A DNA stretch of 63,895 nt, filler included, from Cladosporium halotolerans (taxonomy: Eukaryota), in assembly GCF_011745625.1 (NCBI RefSeq). It is 26 parts of 26 records of this genome, joined end to end, with 100 filler letters (N's around TTAATTAATTAA, not from the genome) between each part and the next. Parts side by side here need not be neighbours in the genome. Positions count along the whole stretch, not along the records: positions 47,969 to 50,197 come from NW_027191778.1; positions 50,298 to 52,526 come from NW_027191779.1; positions 52,627 to 54,834 come from NW_027191780.1; positions 54,935 to 57,118 come from NW_027191781.1; positions 57,219 to 59,394 come from NW_027191782.1; 21 more parts are not named here. One strand, 5' to 3'. The notes under the pieces were generated by a model that saw only the letters and a list, made by a program, of their open reading frames with translations, did not search any database and had not been told where the DNA came from. Position numbers and translations under genes: made by a program. This document shows positions 48,229 to 59,298 of the stretch, in pieces. The stretch's first letter is position 1; every line of letters begins with the position of its first letter.

Positions 48229-48741
48229 ATGTACGGACTACCAGAAGCGTTCTATAAGACATCGGCATCGCTTGTACTAGGCCATAGAGGCACTTACAAT
48301 TTGCTTGGGGATGCATTAGATATCGTGGAATGTCTGAGATGGGAGATCATTCGTAAGTCAACATTCGCGAGGTGTGACGCTCGCGAGCTAAAGGTGCGAC
48401 TAGTACAATTGAAGGAGAAGCGCAAAGCCTTTCGTGTCCAGATCGACAAAGAGGTACAAACTCTGAAAGCGGTGTCTTGCTATTGGAATTGTGAATGGTG
48501 CGCTCAACAGAAAAAAAGGGATCTGAATTTCTGCAAGAATTTGACACCTTATCTCCGGGCCTTTAAAGATACTCTCGGAGGTAATATCAAAAGCGACCTG
48601 CTCAGCCGTAGTGGATGCGAGTATACCTTCTTGAATGCCAGAGTGCACGCTGGCATCGGGGATTGGACACAAACATGCGTAAACTCAGCTTGGAGAGAAT
48701 CATGGAGACAAGTGGCATATCTTGGAATGGTTAGAACTTAG
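48229..48741 (+). CDS. Hypothetical protein (coiled coil + CxxC)
   Basis: 170-aa ATG ORF; no family recognised. Confidence 0.35.
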   Translation: MYGLPEAFYKTSASLVLGHRGTYNLLGDALDIVECLRWEIIRKSTFARCDARELKVRLVQLKEKRKAFRVQIDKEVQTLKAVSCYWNCEWCAQQKKRDLNFCKNLTPYLRAFKDTLGGNIKSDLLSRSGCEYTFLNARVHAGIGDWTQTCVNSAWRESWRQVAYLGMVRT

Positions 48742-49520
48742 TTCGGAAGATCACGATATCAGGGAATCTTGACGATATTGTAAGCCTACATCTGCCCTGC
48801 TATCTGGTCTGCATAACACCAACTCGCATTTCCCTGGCTGAAGCCTGTCAGGTCTCAACAATGGTACTGAAGCGTAATAATGACTAACACGCATCTTAGG
48901 CTGGAAATGTCGTCGTCGCATTCAGAATACCACTCTTCATTGCGAGCTTGCCACCTGGAAGTGCCTCTGCGCCTTGCATTAAGGATGCTACTCACGTCAG
49001 TTCGACCGGACATGCTGGGTACCGTTGCTACGACAAGCTTCAATAGATTATTTTTAGCGATGTAGGAAGACCGTGGATCTGGTCAGACAGGAATATCTAG
49101 CGCTTACTCGCAGCCAGCCAGCCAAGTTATATAATGTTAACCTGATCGACGATCTTATCAAATGCTACAAGTTCTCTACTGCAATTGGAAAGCCATTCTC
49201 AGGTGTAAACCACTGAGCATATCTCTTTCCGAGATTCGCGCTAGGCGCTAATTTCATAATTTCCAGAAGCTCAAACCTACCCAAATTCATGTTTGAATAC
49301 GCGCAATCTTGTTACGCAATCAGTGTTGCCTGAACTCCATCTTACCCTGTCGACTGGTAGTATATGAGGACGGCCATGGTATGATGGCTAGTATGATGGC
49401 TAGCATGCACTCTTCTCCTTTCCAAGGTTATGGGCACGACTTGATATCCGGACGATTTCGAAGACATCAAGCAAAGATCAGTCAACTTCTATTTGCGGAT
49501 TGACCATCCTATCAAGCAAG

Positions 49521-49925
49521 ATGACCCGGGTCAAGCACGAAAATACCTCGCAGCCGGTTTACCCGCCTGAACCGAGGAAGCCTCGCTGCCCAGTATGCAA
49601 TCAAAGTGGGAAGAACCTCATTAGGCTCACAGCGAGGACGAGTAACAGGAACGGGAACGTCAATCGCCCTTACCTCAAATGCTTGCCGTGTGACAAATTT
49701 ATCACTTTCCTGGACGAACGAGGCAGCCATTTGGTCAACCCGAGATGCGAATGTCACGTGCCGAGCCGTCTTCAGGTTGCCAGCTCCAACAAAGGGCGAA
49801 AGCTTCACTTCGTGTGCAGCACCGGTCACTGCACCTTCTACGAGGTCGCTTATGACAATAACAATGAAACAATCAACCTGACCGAAAGTTTGGTAATCAA
49901 GCTAGCGAGTCTCAGGTTGATTTGA
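49521..49925 (+). CDS. Small GRF-like zinc-ribbon protein
   Basis: PRCPVC..SNRNGNVNRPYLKCLPCDKFITFLDERG..NPRCEC..SRLQ..HFVCSTGHCTFY. Confidence 0.75.
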   Translation: MTRVKHENTSQPVYPPEPRKPRCPVCNQSGKNLIRLTARTSNRNGNVNRPYLKCLPCDKFITFLDERGSHLVNPRCECHVPSRLQVASSNKGRKLHFVCSTGHCTFYEVAYDNNNETINLTESLVIKLASLRLI

Positions 49926-50058
49926 TGGATTCCAAAGGACGGGTATGGTCGTTTCACGAAGCTCCGCGAGATCAATACTGACCAGCATGTGCTAGATAGC
50001 AGGTCTCGACGATTCAACATTCGTTGCTGGACTAATAATGTTCTTTCCTTCTGAGTCG

Positions 50059-50197
50059 AGTTCAGAGATTTGGTTCAACCCCATAATGTATTCTCAGGTA
50101 TATAAGTACCCAGGTGAAGAAATTGAATGGATGTGATTTTTCGTCAAGACATCTCTACCCTCTTGGCTTGTCTTACCACTCACATCTGAGCTGAACT
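50059..50197 (+). mobile_element. Candidate LTR with AGTTCAG...CTGAACT termini
   Basis: 7-bp terminal inverted repeat; internal TATATAAG; contig ends exactly at the terminus. Confidence 0.5.
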
Positions 50198-50297
50198 NNN
50201 NNNNNNNNNNNNNNNNNNNNNNNNNNNNNNNNNNNNNNNNNTTAATTAATTAANNNNNNNNNNNNNNNNNNNNNNNNNNNNNNNNNNNNNNNNNNNN

Positions 50298-50507
50298 CGC
50301 GTGAAACCGTTTGCTGAGCGCCGATCTAGTGACACCATGCTTTCTCGCGGCATCAGATATATTTACAGACCTAGAAGACCTCAGATCTGAAAGCGCTGCT
50401 TCCATTGAGCTAGTAATTGTCGAGTTATCGCGCGAGCAAGAGAGCGCGTCGGGGTCGCGTCGAGCGTGCTTGAAGTGTGTCCGTGCTTGAAGTGGGGAAG
50501 ACTTCTA
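50298..50507 (-). mobile_element. 5' end, with TIR, of the pogo family seen at 13380-14492
   Basis: One SNP relative to 14367-14492; ends GGGGAAGACTTCTA, like the TIR at 63895; internal CGTGCTTGAAGTG direct repeats. Confidence 0.85.
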
Positions 50508-50820
50508 CCAGAATGGCTTAGGCCAAAGGCTTGGCAACATCCACTGGACATTCTACATCCATCCAAGCGCAGCACTGCGCGCATCTTCAGTACTGGATGT
50601 GACCAGCCTGTGAGATGTGAAGTGAGAGGAGAGGGGAGAGGAGGAAAGAGGAGAGAGTAGGAGGGTCTGCAGTTGTGGCCACACGCAAGAGCCAGAATGA
50701 GGGCTTGCAGTGCTTGGCATTTTGCAGGGTCGGCCGATTCCCCAGCTGCTCGTCCTCTCAGACCCCCACCGGGCATACTAGTGTACCGCTGTACCTTGAC
50801 GGCGCGGCCACATCTCGAGA

Positions 50821-52110
50821 ATGGACAGAGCAGGCCTGGCTCTGGCGCAGGGTCTTACAGAAGGCGTTCCAAGATCATTGCGTGCTATTGCAGGTCACGG
50901 GGATGTTCCCCTTTCTACCCTCCACGCTCGTGCGCGCGGCCGCAGGTTCATCGAAGCGAAAGCCCAGAGCCAGCAATATCTCACGCCATTCGAGGAGAAG
51001 GCCGTGATTGAGGTATCCTAGAGATGTCCGACTTTGGAACACCTGTACGGAACAAGTTCATACCATCAATAGCCTTCAGTGTCACCCGCCATAGGCTGGA
51101 AGCAGACAGGCCAGTCAGAGAACCAAACAAGAATTGGACCAAAGCTTTCGAGAGAAGGCACCCAGAGCTACAAAGGAGACGAGCAAAAGCAATGAATTGG
51201 AAGCGCCATGACAAGAACATATACTCGGGGGTAGGACACTGGTTTGACGTGATCGGTAAAGTATTAGGTGACGACGCAATCGTGGCAGAGAATGTCCACA
51301 ACATGGACGAGACCGGAGTCATGCTCTCTATGCTCGGGTCTGTCAAAGTGCTCGTAGGAAAGAACGACCAACGGGATTATCGAGGTGCACGAGTAGATCG
51401 AAAGATGGTCACTGCGATCGAGTGCATCAGTGCAGATGGTAGATTTCTGGACCCTATGATCATTTGGCCCGCGGCTACCCATAGGAGCAACTGGACGACG
51501 CACCCCACACCCGGATGGCATTATGTATGTTCCAAGTCTGGCTACACTGACTCCAACATTAGCCTCGAGTGACTCAAAAAAGTGTTCGACCCGCAGACCA
51601 AGGAACGAGCAAGAGGTAAGAAACGGCTGCTGATCTGTGACGGTTTCAGTTGAAGCTTAGAACTAGGAACAAGTGTGTTGATTCCCTCTGTCTTACAGTA
51701 CGAGCAGAATATCATCTACTTATAGTTGCGAGTTGCCTCCACCTGCCTGGCGCCACCAGATGGCTGCCTAATTAGGCAGCCACTGTGGCGCTTCTGCCAC
51801 CAGGCAGACTCACGTGATCATGGGATTCAACTGTTTCGGCACGCACGAGACGCTCGGGATCCTAGAGCACTGCTTCGCCAATGACATCCGTCTATGCCGG
51901 CTACCTTCCCACACATCTCATAAGTTGCAGCCGTGTGACATTGCTGTCTTCGCTCCCGTGAAAGCAGCGTATCGCGATGCCGTGGAGCGCCTGGAACGGG
52001 GTGGGGTTAATGCTATTGGGAAGCAATCCTTTACATTTCTGTACAACTCTGCAAGAAAGAAAGCGTTTACGAAGAGTAATATCCTCGCAGGCTGGAGCAA
52101 AGGCGGGCGC
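50821..52110 (+). pseudogene. pogo/Fot1 transposase pseudogene
   Basis: STLHARARG..QQYLTP; HNMDETG; LICDGF^GTHE; PSHTSHKLQPCD; frameshift ~51015, TGA at 51570, 185-bp insertion. Confidence 0.9.
51648..51832 (-). mobile_element. 185-bp solo-LTR-like insertion with AGTTGAA...TTCAACT ends and a 5-bp TSD
   Basis: GTTTC at 51643-51647 and 51833-51837; removal restores CDGFGTHE; TATAAAG on the minus strand. Confidence 0.85.
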
Positions 52111-52627
52111 GACAGTCACTGTGCGCCACGCTTCGGGCGACGCTAATGCAATTTTGATGGTCGCGCATACTGTAAATGCGCGGGAATTCTTTCCACACGC
52201 GACACACTTGATGATCAAGCTTTGCAAAGCCAGCGCTTTATGTCACCCAATCGTGACATTTGCTCGCAGCTGGAACATTGACCGAGATGTCTAGCGTCCT
52301 CACATTTATCCGGGGTGTGTGCTGGCCGGATTCAATGTTTTCTGGTACATTACGTTGCCCGATGCAAATGACAAGAATGCTTTGAGTGTAGTTCTAACAC
52401 GCGCCACGCCTCTTGCCGCCGTCGAGGAAAAGAGGATATTGAACTTGTTATTGTTTTTGAGAAAAAGGACGCTTTTCAAGTAAATACTGTGCCTAGTTGG
52501 CAGATCTAACCAATGGCCGCCACTGTNNNNNNNNNNNNNNNNNNNNNNNNNNNNNNNNNNNNNNNNNNNNTTAATTAATTAANNNNNNNNNNNNNNNNNN
52601 NNNNNNNNNNNNNNNNNNNNNNNNNNC

Positions 52628-54064
52628 CGTGGCTCGCACGATCGTCCATGTCTCCAAGATCGTGCTAGTGACGGCCGTCTGGCACCTTCAAGTAGCGTTG
52701 CTGGCCCATCATCGTGTCGCAATGCTCGCGTTGCCCTCACCTTTCTCTTTGTGGACCGCCAGACTGCCGCTGCACTGCTCCCTCGCGGGATCTGGGTGAT
52801 GCAGCAGTTTTTCCTGGCAAACAACATGCGTGTCCAACCGCCATTGATCCCCGTCCCGTCAATATCGGGGAGTACGATGTCCTCACGCTCATCTGTCGTC
52901 GACCCGGCGCGGTCGCAAACAATGCTTTCGGAACGTCACGTTCACACGACGCCGCTGCCTAAGCGCAAGCGCGAGCGCGAGCGCGAGCGCGATAAGCCAG
53001 ACAATGGACAAGAGCCGATCATCATCCACGGCCAGAGTGCAACGTCGGAGCAGCTGTACTTCATCGACGATGATTCAATGGACAAAGCGTTTTCTTTACT
53101 CGTACAAAATAAATGGATCAACGACGACTGTGTGAACTCGCTGCTGGAGATTTTCAACCCCGATCCGTCTGTCTGGCTCGTCTTCTCAACCCTCACAAAC
53201 ACGCAGAGTGGACCAAGTGACAGTAGGTCTTTCAACAAAAACCCGTCCGATTCGCCGCAAAAGCTCATGATTCCTCTCCACCTGTCGAATATGCATCACT
53301 GGGTGTTGGCGGCCTACGACAAGACGCGCCATCACTGCATGGTGTACGACCCCAAGGGAGACGGCAAATGCGTTGAGCGCACGATCGAGATCGTCAAGGA
53401 TATCCTGAGGAAGCATAATTCTTGGCAGGAAGACTGTACAACAGGAGTCGATTGCTTCCCCCCCTCGATGCGCCAGACCGACAGCAACAACTGCGGCATT
53501 TTTGTGATAGCTGCGGCACTGCTTCTGTTCAACGATCTCTCAATCAAATCCTTCACCCCGGACCTCTGGCGTGATCTCCTGGCCGCTTACTTCTGCATCA
53601 GAGACAAACCGCCGCATGATCTCATATCGAAACGACTCACCAGCGTCTTGAAGTCGGCAGACCTCGATCGGGATGATCGTAATTTGACAGACAACTCGGC
53701 ACGAAAAGCCAAAGTCATCACCGACGCCAGTCTGCGCGCCAGTGATTATGCTGATGAGGCACGACTTCTGCTAAAGATGGCTGACGACCCCCTCCAAAGG
53801 CTGAGGAAGCAAGAAGAGGATCGTGAGAGGCTGCTCAATTTGGCCTCCTGGTACGCGCAGAAGCCCGATGGCGCGAGTCACTTAACCGAGGCCATAATCG
53901 CCGCCAGTCGAGAGCAAGAAGCGAAAGAACTCAAAGCAATGCCGAAGTTGATAAAGGGTGCTGTGGGACAACTGACGGCGCTGCGCAATCATTGCTCCAG
54001 CGTGATTGATGAATGCAAGATTGTGGCTACCAAGTACCAGCAGGAGAGGGATGATGTCTTGTAG
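52628..54064 (+). CDS. Ulp1/C48 ubiquitin-like protease domain protein with coiled-coil tail (frame open from contig start)
   Basis: WINDDCVN; IPLH..HHWVLA; VYDP; QTDSNNCGIFV. Confidence 0.88.
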   Translation, partial: RGSHDRPCLQDRASDGRLAPSSSVAGPSSCRNARVALTFLFVDRQTAAALLPRGIWVMQQFFLANNMRVQPPLIPVPSISGSTMSSRSSVVDPARSQTMLSERHVHTTPLPKRKRERERERDKPDNGQEPIIIHGQSATSEQLYFIDDDSMDKAFSLLVQNKWINDDCVNSLLEIFNPDPSVWLVFSTLTNTQSGPSDSRSFNKNPSDSPQKLMIPLHLSNMHHWVLAAYDKTRHHCMVYDPKGDGKCVERTIEIVKDILRKHNSWQEDCTTGVDCFPPSMRQTDSNNCGIFVIAAALLLFNDLSIKSFTPDLWRDLLAAYFCIRDKPPHDLISKRLTSVLKSADLDRDDRNLTDNSARKAKVITDASLRASDYADEARLLLKMADDPLQRLRKQEEDRERLLNLASWYAQKPDGASHLTEAIIAASREQEAKELKAMPKLIKGAVGQLTALRNHCSSVIDECKIVATKYQQERDDVL

Positions 54065-54934
54065 AAGGCGATGAGCGCATACCTCGACATCGGATCGAAG
54101 CTGGCAGTATCGTAAGTCGCACGTGACGTGTTGAATTCAGGCGCCCGCCGCGCACATAAATTCAGGTTGTGACAGCTGCAGCTCAAGTTCCCTAACGCTC
54201 GAATTCAGCATCAACGGCGTGGGTGTTCGAAAATTCCGGCCATGCTGTACTTGCCATGGCTCGAGATGGACACGTCAGAGCAAAATGCGTACCGTAGAGA
54301 CGTCAGCGTGGTAATTGTATTGCAGAATTCTCCTAAATATACGTTATGCATGGTCAGAGATTCGAAGAGGCCGAATTGGGTGGAAACAGGTGAGAAGTGG
54401 CGTGCTTGCCTAATCGACGTTACTCTTAACTTAGTGTTGCTTCTTCCTTACTGCTCTTTTATCTTAGACACAGGGGTTGTACGTGCATTGAATGAACGAT
54501 GCGAGAAGTATGGACGACCGGCCTTCGTGAGCGACAGCAGTTCACCCTACGTGATGATGACTCCACGAAGCTTGAGCTGCTGGTCACGTAGTGACCTTGC
54601 TCTGTCTGCCACACCATACTAAATCGTACCGTTGTCCACCCTTCTGGCTTGCTCTAAAGCTTGAATCGGTACTGACCCTGACCTTAGATCTTCATCTTCA
54701 ATCTCTGATAAATAACGCTCAAGCATCACACATAAGGGTACTCCCACGAGTCGCTCCAGTTGAAGTCCAGCTCGAGGAAGCTCCAACTGGTCCTTCGACG
54801 TTCGATCGCGCGCAGGCAAAATGACAACAAACGTNNNNNNNNNNNNNNNNNNNNNNNNNNNNNNNNNNNNNNNNNNNNTTAATTAATTAANNNNNNNNNN
54901 NNNNNNNNNNNNNNNNNNNNNNNNNNNNNNNNNN

Positions 54935-57019
54935 AACCACAGCAGCACAAAATATGGGCGACTGATCAAGTCGGGCGTAGTATTCGTCCAACTTTTGCCA
55001 GCCGAGATTAATGTTGGTACTAAAGTGGTGCTCTGTGGCAAGATACTCGGGGTTTAGCGATCCCTTTTCCTTCCGATCGTTCAAGCTGTTCGATCTCATC
55101 TTCAGAGATTCTAGTGGTCGGTGGATGTATCGTTGATCCTCCAGGTGAGTGAGCAGGCGTTCGAATACCGGCAGGACCTGCCATATGGCGCCAGTGCAAC
55201 CTCCGATCTGGCCTTGGAGGTGTAGGGTCGCGCTCTTGAACGGCTGAAGTATTTCGTGGTACTGCACCACTACACTCCAGTCGTCAGACGAAAGCTGATC
55301 TTGCAGGATCGAGGGTTCCTTGCCCCTCGCGTATCGCTTCTCGTGACGCTTCTGGTCTGGGCGTCTTTGGTAATTGATCCAACTGTCGCGCTCCTCCTCG
55401 ATAAAGTCATCGATAGACGCACGCAGTCTTATGGCACGCCCTGCACAGTCGTCGAAGGAGTTCCACCTGGTGAAGTTGTCTTTGACGAGCTTCAGGACAG
55501 CGCCATCGTTCTCGTCTGCCGTATTCTTGCGCTGGATGTCTTCGAAAGCTTCAATACGTTGCGGGGATGCTGTTATATACTTGACGATATTGTGCAGCCT
55601 TCCTGCGGGCCCTTTCTTTCGCCACCTGCCGAGCTCTTGTTCCTCAACGTTGAGATCTTCAAGCTCGGACTCGAAGGCGTCGACATCGCTTCCGAAGAGA
55701 ATAGCTTTCGCGACAAGGTTCAAGACAAGGCCGGCGCAGCGCACATGGCGCTCAGGAGCGCTGAAGTTGAACTCTTCGCCGAGAAATTGGAGGCATGTTG
55801 CGTTGTTCGACGCATTGTCCGTGATGAAGTAGCCGAGCTTTATTGCCAACGTCAAATTCGCGAATGACTTCGGCGATTGTCCCGGATATCTCTTGCCCGC
55901 AATGTCTGCCTTTCTGGCGAGGCAGGCTGAGCAGAGCTGTTCTTGGCACTCCCGAGTGGTCGAGGAAATGTGCAACCAGACCCAATAACGCAAGTTGGTT
56001 ATGCGACGTCCACAGGTCAAAGGACAAATTGATCCGTGTCGCGGCCGACTGGACCACTTCCTTGACAGCGACGAACTGCTGGTCGTACGCTTTGCCGACC
56101 CATCTCGAAAGCGTCGTGCGACTTGGGAGATGATCTTCCAAACGCAAGTTGCAGCCGGTGAAAGTCAATAGCCGACGGAAGTGCTCGGACTCTATCTTTC
56201 GGAAAGGGATACTGTCGGCAATGATCCACTCGAGCAGCAGGGCGCGAAATCGGTTGCGGTCGAAGGATGAGACGCTCCGTTGTTGCGCCGTATTTTCGCC
56301 AAAGTCACAGTCTTCCAGCTTTCTCCTCTTCGACGGCGGTCGTGAAGGTGTCACTTTCCCATTCTCGCTGATCGAATGCTGTTTTGTCATGTGTTGCGCT
56401 GCGGTAGAAGTTGCGCGCGTTGTCTGGAATATGTGGCCCTTGGGAAACGGGCGTTCCACCGGCCCATGGTGGCATCGCTTGCAAAGCCAGAACTCCAGCT
56501 CATCTTCGTTCCAAAGCCGGTAGCCATGCTGCCAAATCCAAGACGGATTCTTCTTGATGTTGCAGGCCGCCTTGTAACCTTTCAGACGCCGCCAGTCTAA
56601 GTCATGAGGACCAGGGATCTGTGGCTCTTCAAGATCCAAGTCGCTGGATCGCTTTTGGCTGTTGACATTCTCTGCGATCTCCAAGCAGCTTGACTGTGAC
56701 ATTGTCTCAGCCTTGTTTCTGGGCGATAGCCGACATGCTCGGGGCGCAAGGAAACGCGCGCGACGCGACTTCGGTACTAGCGCGTACCTGCGCGCGTTCA
56801 TTGGCTGGAGATGAAGCCTTGTAGGACTAGGCGCGTTTTGAAACTTTACCCCAACCCTAACCCTACTGTATCATTGGCCATCTTTTGAATTGCAATTCAT
56901 CAATCAATCTTGACTCTCGTGAATTGATTGATTGGTTATGAGGTGCAACTTGATTGATTGCTTAGTCAACAATCAATCAATCAAGTTGTCAAGTAAAAAA
57001 TTGATTGTGCACACCTATG
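54935..57019 (-). mobile_element. 5' part of a hAT element (TIR CATAGGTGTGCAC at 57019); transposase from ATG ~56702 with one frameshift at ~55840
   Basis: SWIWQHG, WLCKRC..HMTKQH, SFDLWTS, ITDNASNN, RCAG, TRWNS. Confidence 0.92.
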
Positions 57020-57219
57020 CGCGTCGCTCGTGGGCTTCCTTTCGACGAAGCTCTCGCCTACGCTCAACGTCCGCACGTGCTTTATCTTCTGGGGTGGCAT
57101 ACTTTGCCGGCCTCCCTCNNNNNNNNNNNNNNNNNNNNNNNNNNNNNNNNNNNNNNNNNNNNTTAATTAATTAANNNNNNNNNNNNNNNNNNNNNNNNNN
57201 NNNNNNNNNNNNNNNNNNG

Positions 57220-58287
57220 GCGACCCAGCCCTACATCTCGGCCCCGTGGGACGCGCGACTCGACATAGCCAACAGTGTAGACGACGGTGAGCAAGCAGCC
57301 GGGTGCGCCCAAGGCATGCAGGGCATCCGTGTCGCCACGAGCGCGTCGGTCAGAAATCGGTTGGTTGGCATCGGCGGCGCCATCGATGGCATTGACTGGA
57401 TACGCAACAACTCTGAGCGATGCGAGTACGACAAGACGGTTGGCACCGATGCGCAAAGCGATGCCCACACAGCCGCACTGGCTTCGATCGAAGTGGGACT
57501 TGGTTTGGTCGTCAGTGCGGTGTACGACAATACACTTTCGGCGCGCGTGCGAGGCCAAGTCACGCACGTGTTCACCAACAACCGCACCGTTCTGGCCACG
57601 TTGCGGAATGGCACCCGAAGGTCCGGACAATGGATCATCAGCGGCATTTTGAAACATGTGAGACGTCTGAAAGAGTCCCACAACCGCGTAGTTTTCACGT
57701 GGGCCCCGGTGAGCCCGATCTTTGAGTTGGGACAAAAGGCAAAGCGATTGGCGCAGCGATCTACGGACGAGGGACGAGTGATCAGAGACCGGCCCAGGTT
57801 GACCAGGAGTATGGTTCAAAGGACACAAGAACGCCTGAGGCGAGCGACTGAGCAGGTGCCGGCGACTGTCGGGGAATCCGTACGCAGAATCGACACTGCC
57901 TGGCCTGGAAATCACACTCGGCGCATGTACGACGACCTCAGCAAGAGACAGGCGAGTATTCTCGCGCAGCTTCGTACGGGCATGACCCCACTGAATGGAT
58001 ACCTGCGCAATATCAAGGCAGCGGAAACGAACCTTTGCGAGTGTGGCGAGGCAGTTGAGTCGAGAGAGCACTTTGTCTTGCGTTGTGCCAGGTGGACTGA
58101 GCAGCGGAAAATCTTGGGCGTGTACACGGACGAGGAGAGTTTTTCTCGTCTGCTCGGGGGCAGATCTACAATGGATACTGACGACTGGACACCGGACATG
58201 GATGCAGTGCGAGCTGTGATCCACTTCACTCTGGCCACCAAACGATTCGAACATGACAGCAACGAGCGAGTTCGAGTGACACGTTAG
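57220..58287 (+). CDS. Tad1-like LINE ORF2, 3' part (RNase H-like domain + CCHC)
   Basis: PYISAPW; FTWAP; ILAQLRTG..LNGYL; CECGEAVESREHFVLRC; FTLATKRF. Confidence 0.88.
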   Translation, partial: ATQPYISAPWDARLDIANSVDDGEQAAGCAQGMQGIRVATSASVRNRLVGIGGAIDGIDWIRNNSERCEYDKTVGTDAQSDAHTAALASIEVGLGLVVSAVYDNTLSARVRGQVTHVFTNNRTVLATLRNGTRRSGQWIISGILKHVRRLKESHNRVVFTWAPVSPIFELGQKAKRLAQRSTDEGRVIRDRPRLTRSMVQRTQERLRRATEQVPATVGESVRRIDTAWPGNHTRRMYDDLSKRQASILAQLRTGMTPLNGYLRNIKAAETNLCECGEAVESREHFVLRCARWTEQRKILGVYTDEESFSRLLGGRSTMDTDDWTPDMDAVRAVIHFTLATKRFEHDSNERVRVTR

Positions 58288-58636
58288 CTTAGACCGCGAA
58301 CGTCGACCAGAAACCCTTACCCTACTAACCATCGACGCCGAACCACCCCACGCACCCTCGGACACACGGCTGGTCCCCGCTTCATCCGCTGAAGATAGGA
58401 CGATGAACACTTGGAAACATAGCTTCAAGAGCACCCGCCAACTAGCAATCACGAGCACACGAGGATTAGGAGCGACACGCATTGTTCGGAGTGGCTTTCA
58501 ATGAGGAAGAACAACGGGCACGGAATTCTGTTTTGTTTAATCTCATTGGGGTGCATGTATACTTTGTGACGTAAATAGTGCAGTGCCCTTTAGGTGCTTA
58601 GCGCCGGGCGGAATAAATTACTCTCTCTCTCTCTCT
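58288..58636 (+). mobile_element. Probable LINE 3' UTR and tail
   Basis: GCTTAGCGCCGGGCGG-AATAAA-TTA-(CT)8. Confidence 0.6.
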
Positions 58637-58701
58637 CCCGCTCTCTCCCTCTTTACCGTCATTTATACACAGCCCTCGCCATCGACGACGTCCCAATCAT
58701 A

Positions 58702-59298
58702 ATGCTGTCTCAATTCGCGTCCAGGATCGCCGCCGCACCCAGAGCTCTCAGGTTTGCCCCGGTTGGCAGACGCAATGTCACCACCAACGCCGCCAGCAGC
58801 CAAGTCGATAAGAGCGACGTCCCCTCGGTATGTCTGCTCTGGGAGGAAGAAGGGGATACACATAATTTTGCGTGAGGATTGGAATCCGGATACTGATTCG
58901 ATGTCTTCTGCAGGAGGAGGATAGGCTCTTCACCGTGCGCCTCTCGGATGAGGCCTTCGAGACCTACGAGCTCGACCCGCCTTCATACGAACTCCAGACT
59001 ACCAAGAAGGAGCTGAAGCAAATGTTCTACGACATGGTTGCCTCGCGGTGTGTGATCGCCACTCCGGAGGAAGAGAGCGCTTGGAGTTGGATTGTCAATG
59101 AATGCGACGGGGTATGGGCCGGGATAATTCCAGAAAGACTATGAGCTAACGCAACTCACTCTGCAGCCGTATGGAGATGGCCGCTGACCGCTTGTACAAG
59201 GAGAAGAAGATCCGTGGTTTCTGCCATCTGTCTACGGGCCAGGAGGCCGTTGCTTGCGGTATCGAGCACGCTATCACCAAGGAGGACCAGGTCATCAC
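58702..59298 (+). pseudogene. PDA1: Pyruvate dehydrogenase E1 alpha, 5' part, interrupted by a hAT (exons 58702-58827, 58914-59047, 59167-59298)
   Basis: Mitochondrial presequence; [46 protein letters not shown]; cut before AYRCH. Confidence 0.93.

Noticed and set aside
57163..58482. 439-aa minus-strand ORF (and 60138-61073 on the plus strand)
   Set aside because: Antisense shadows of LINE ORFs with no motifs of their own.
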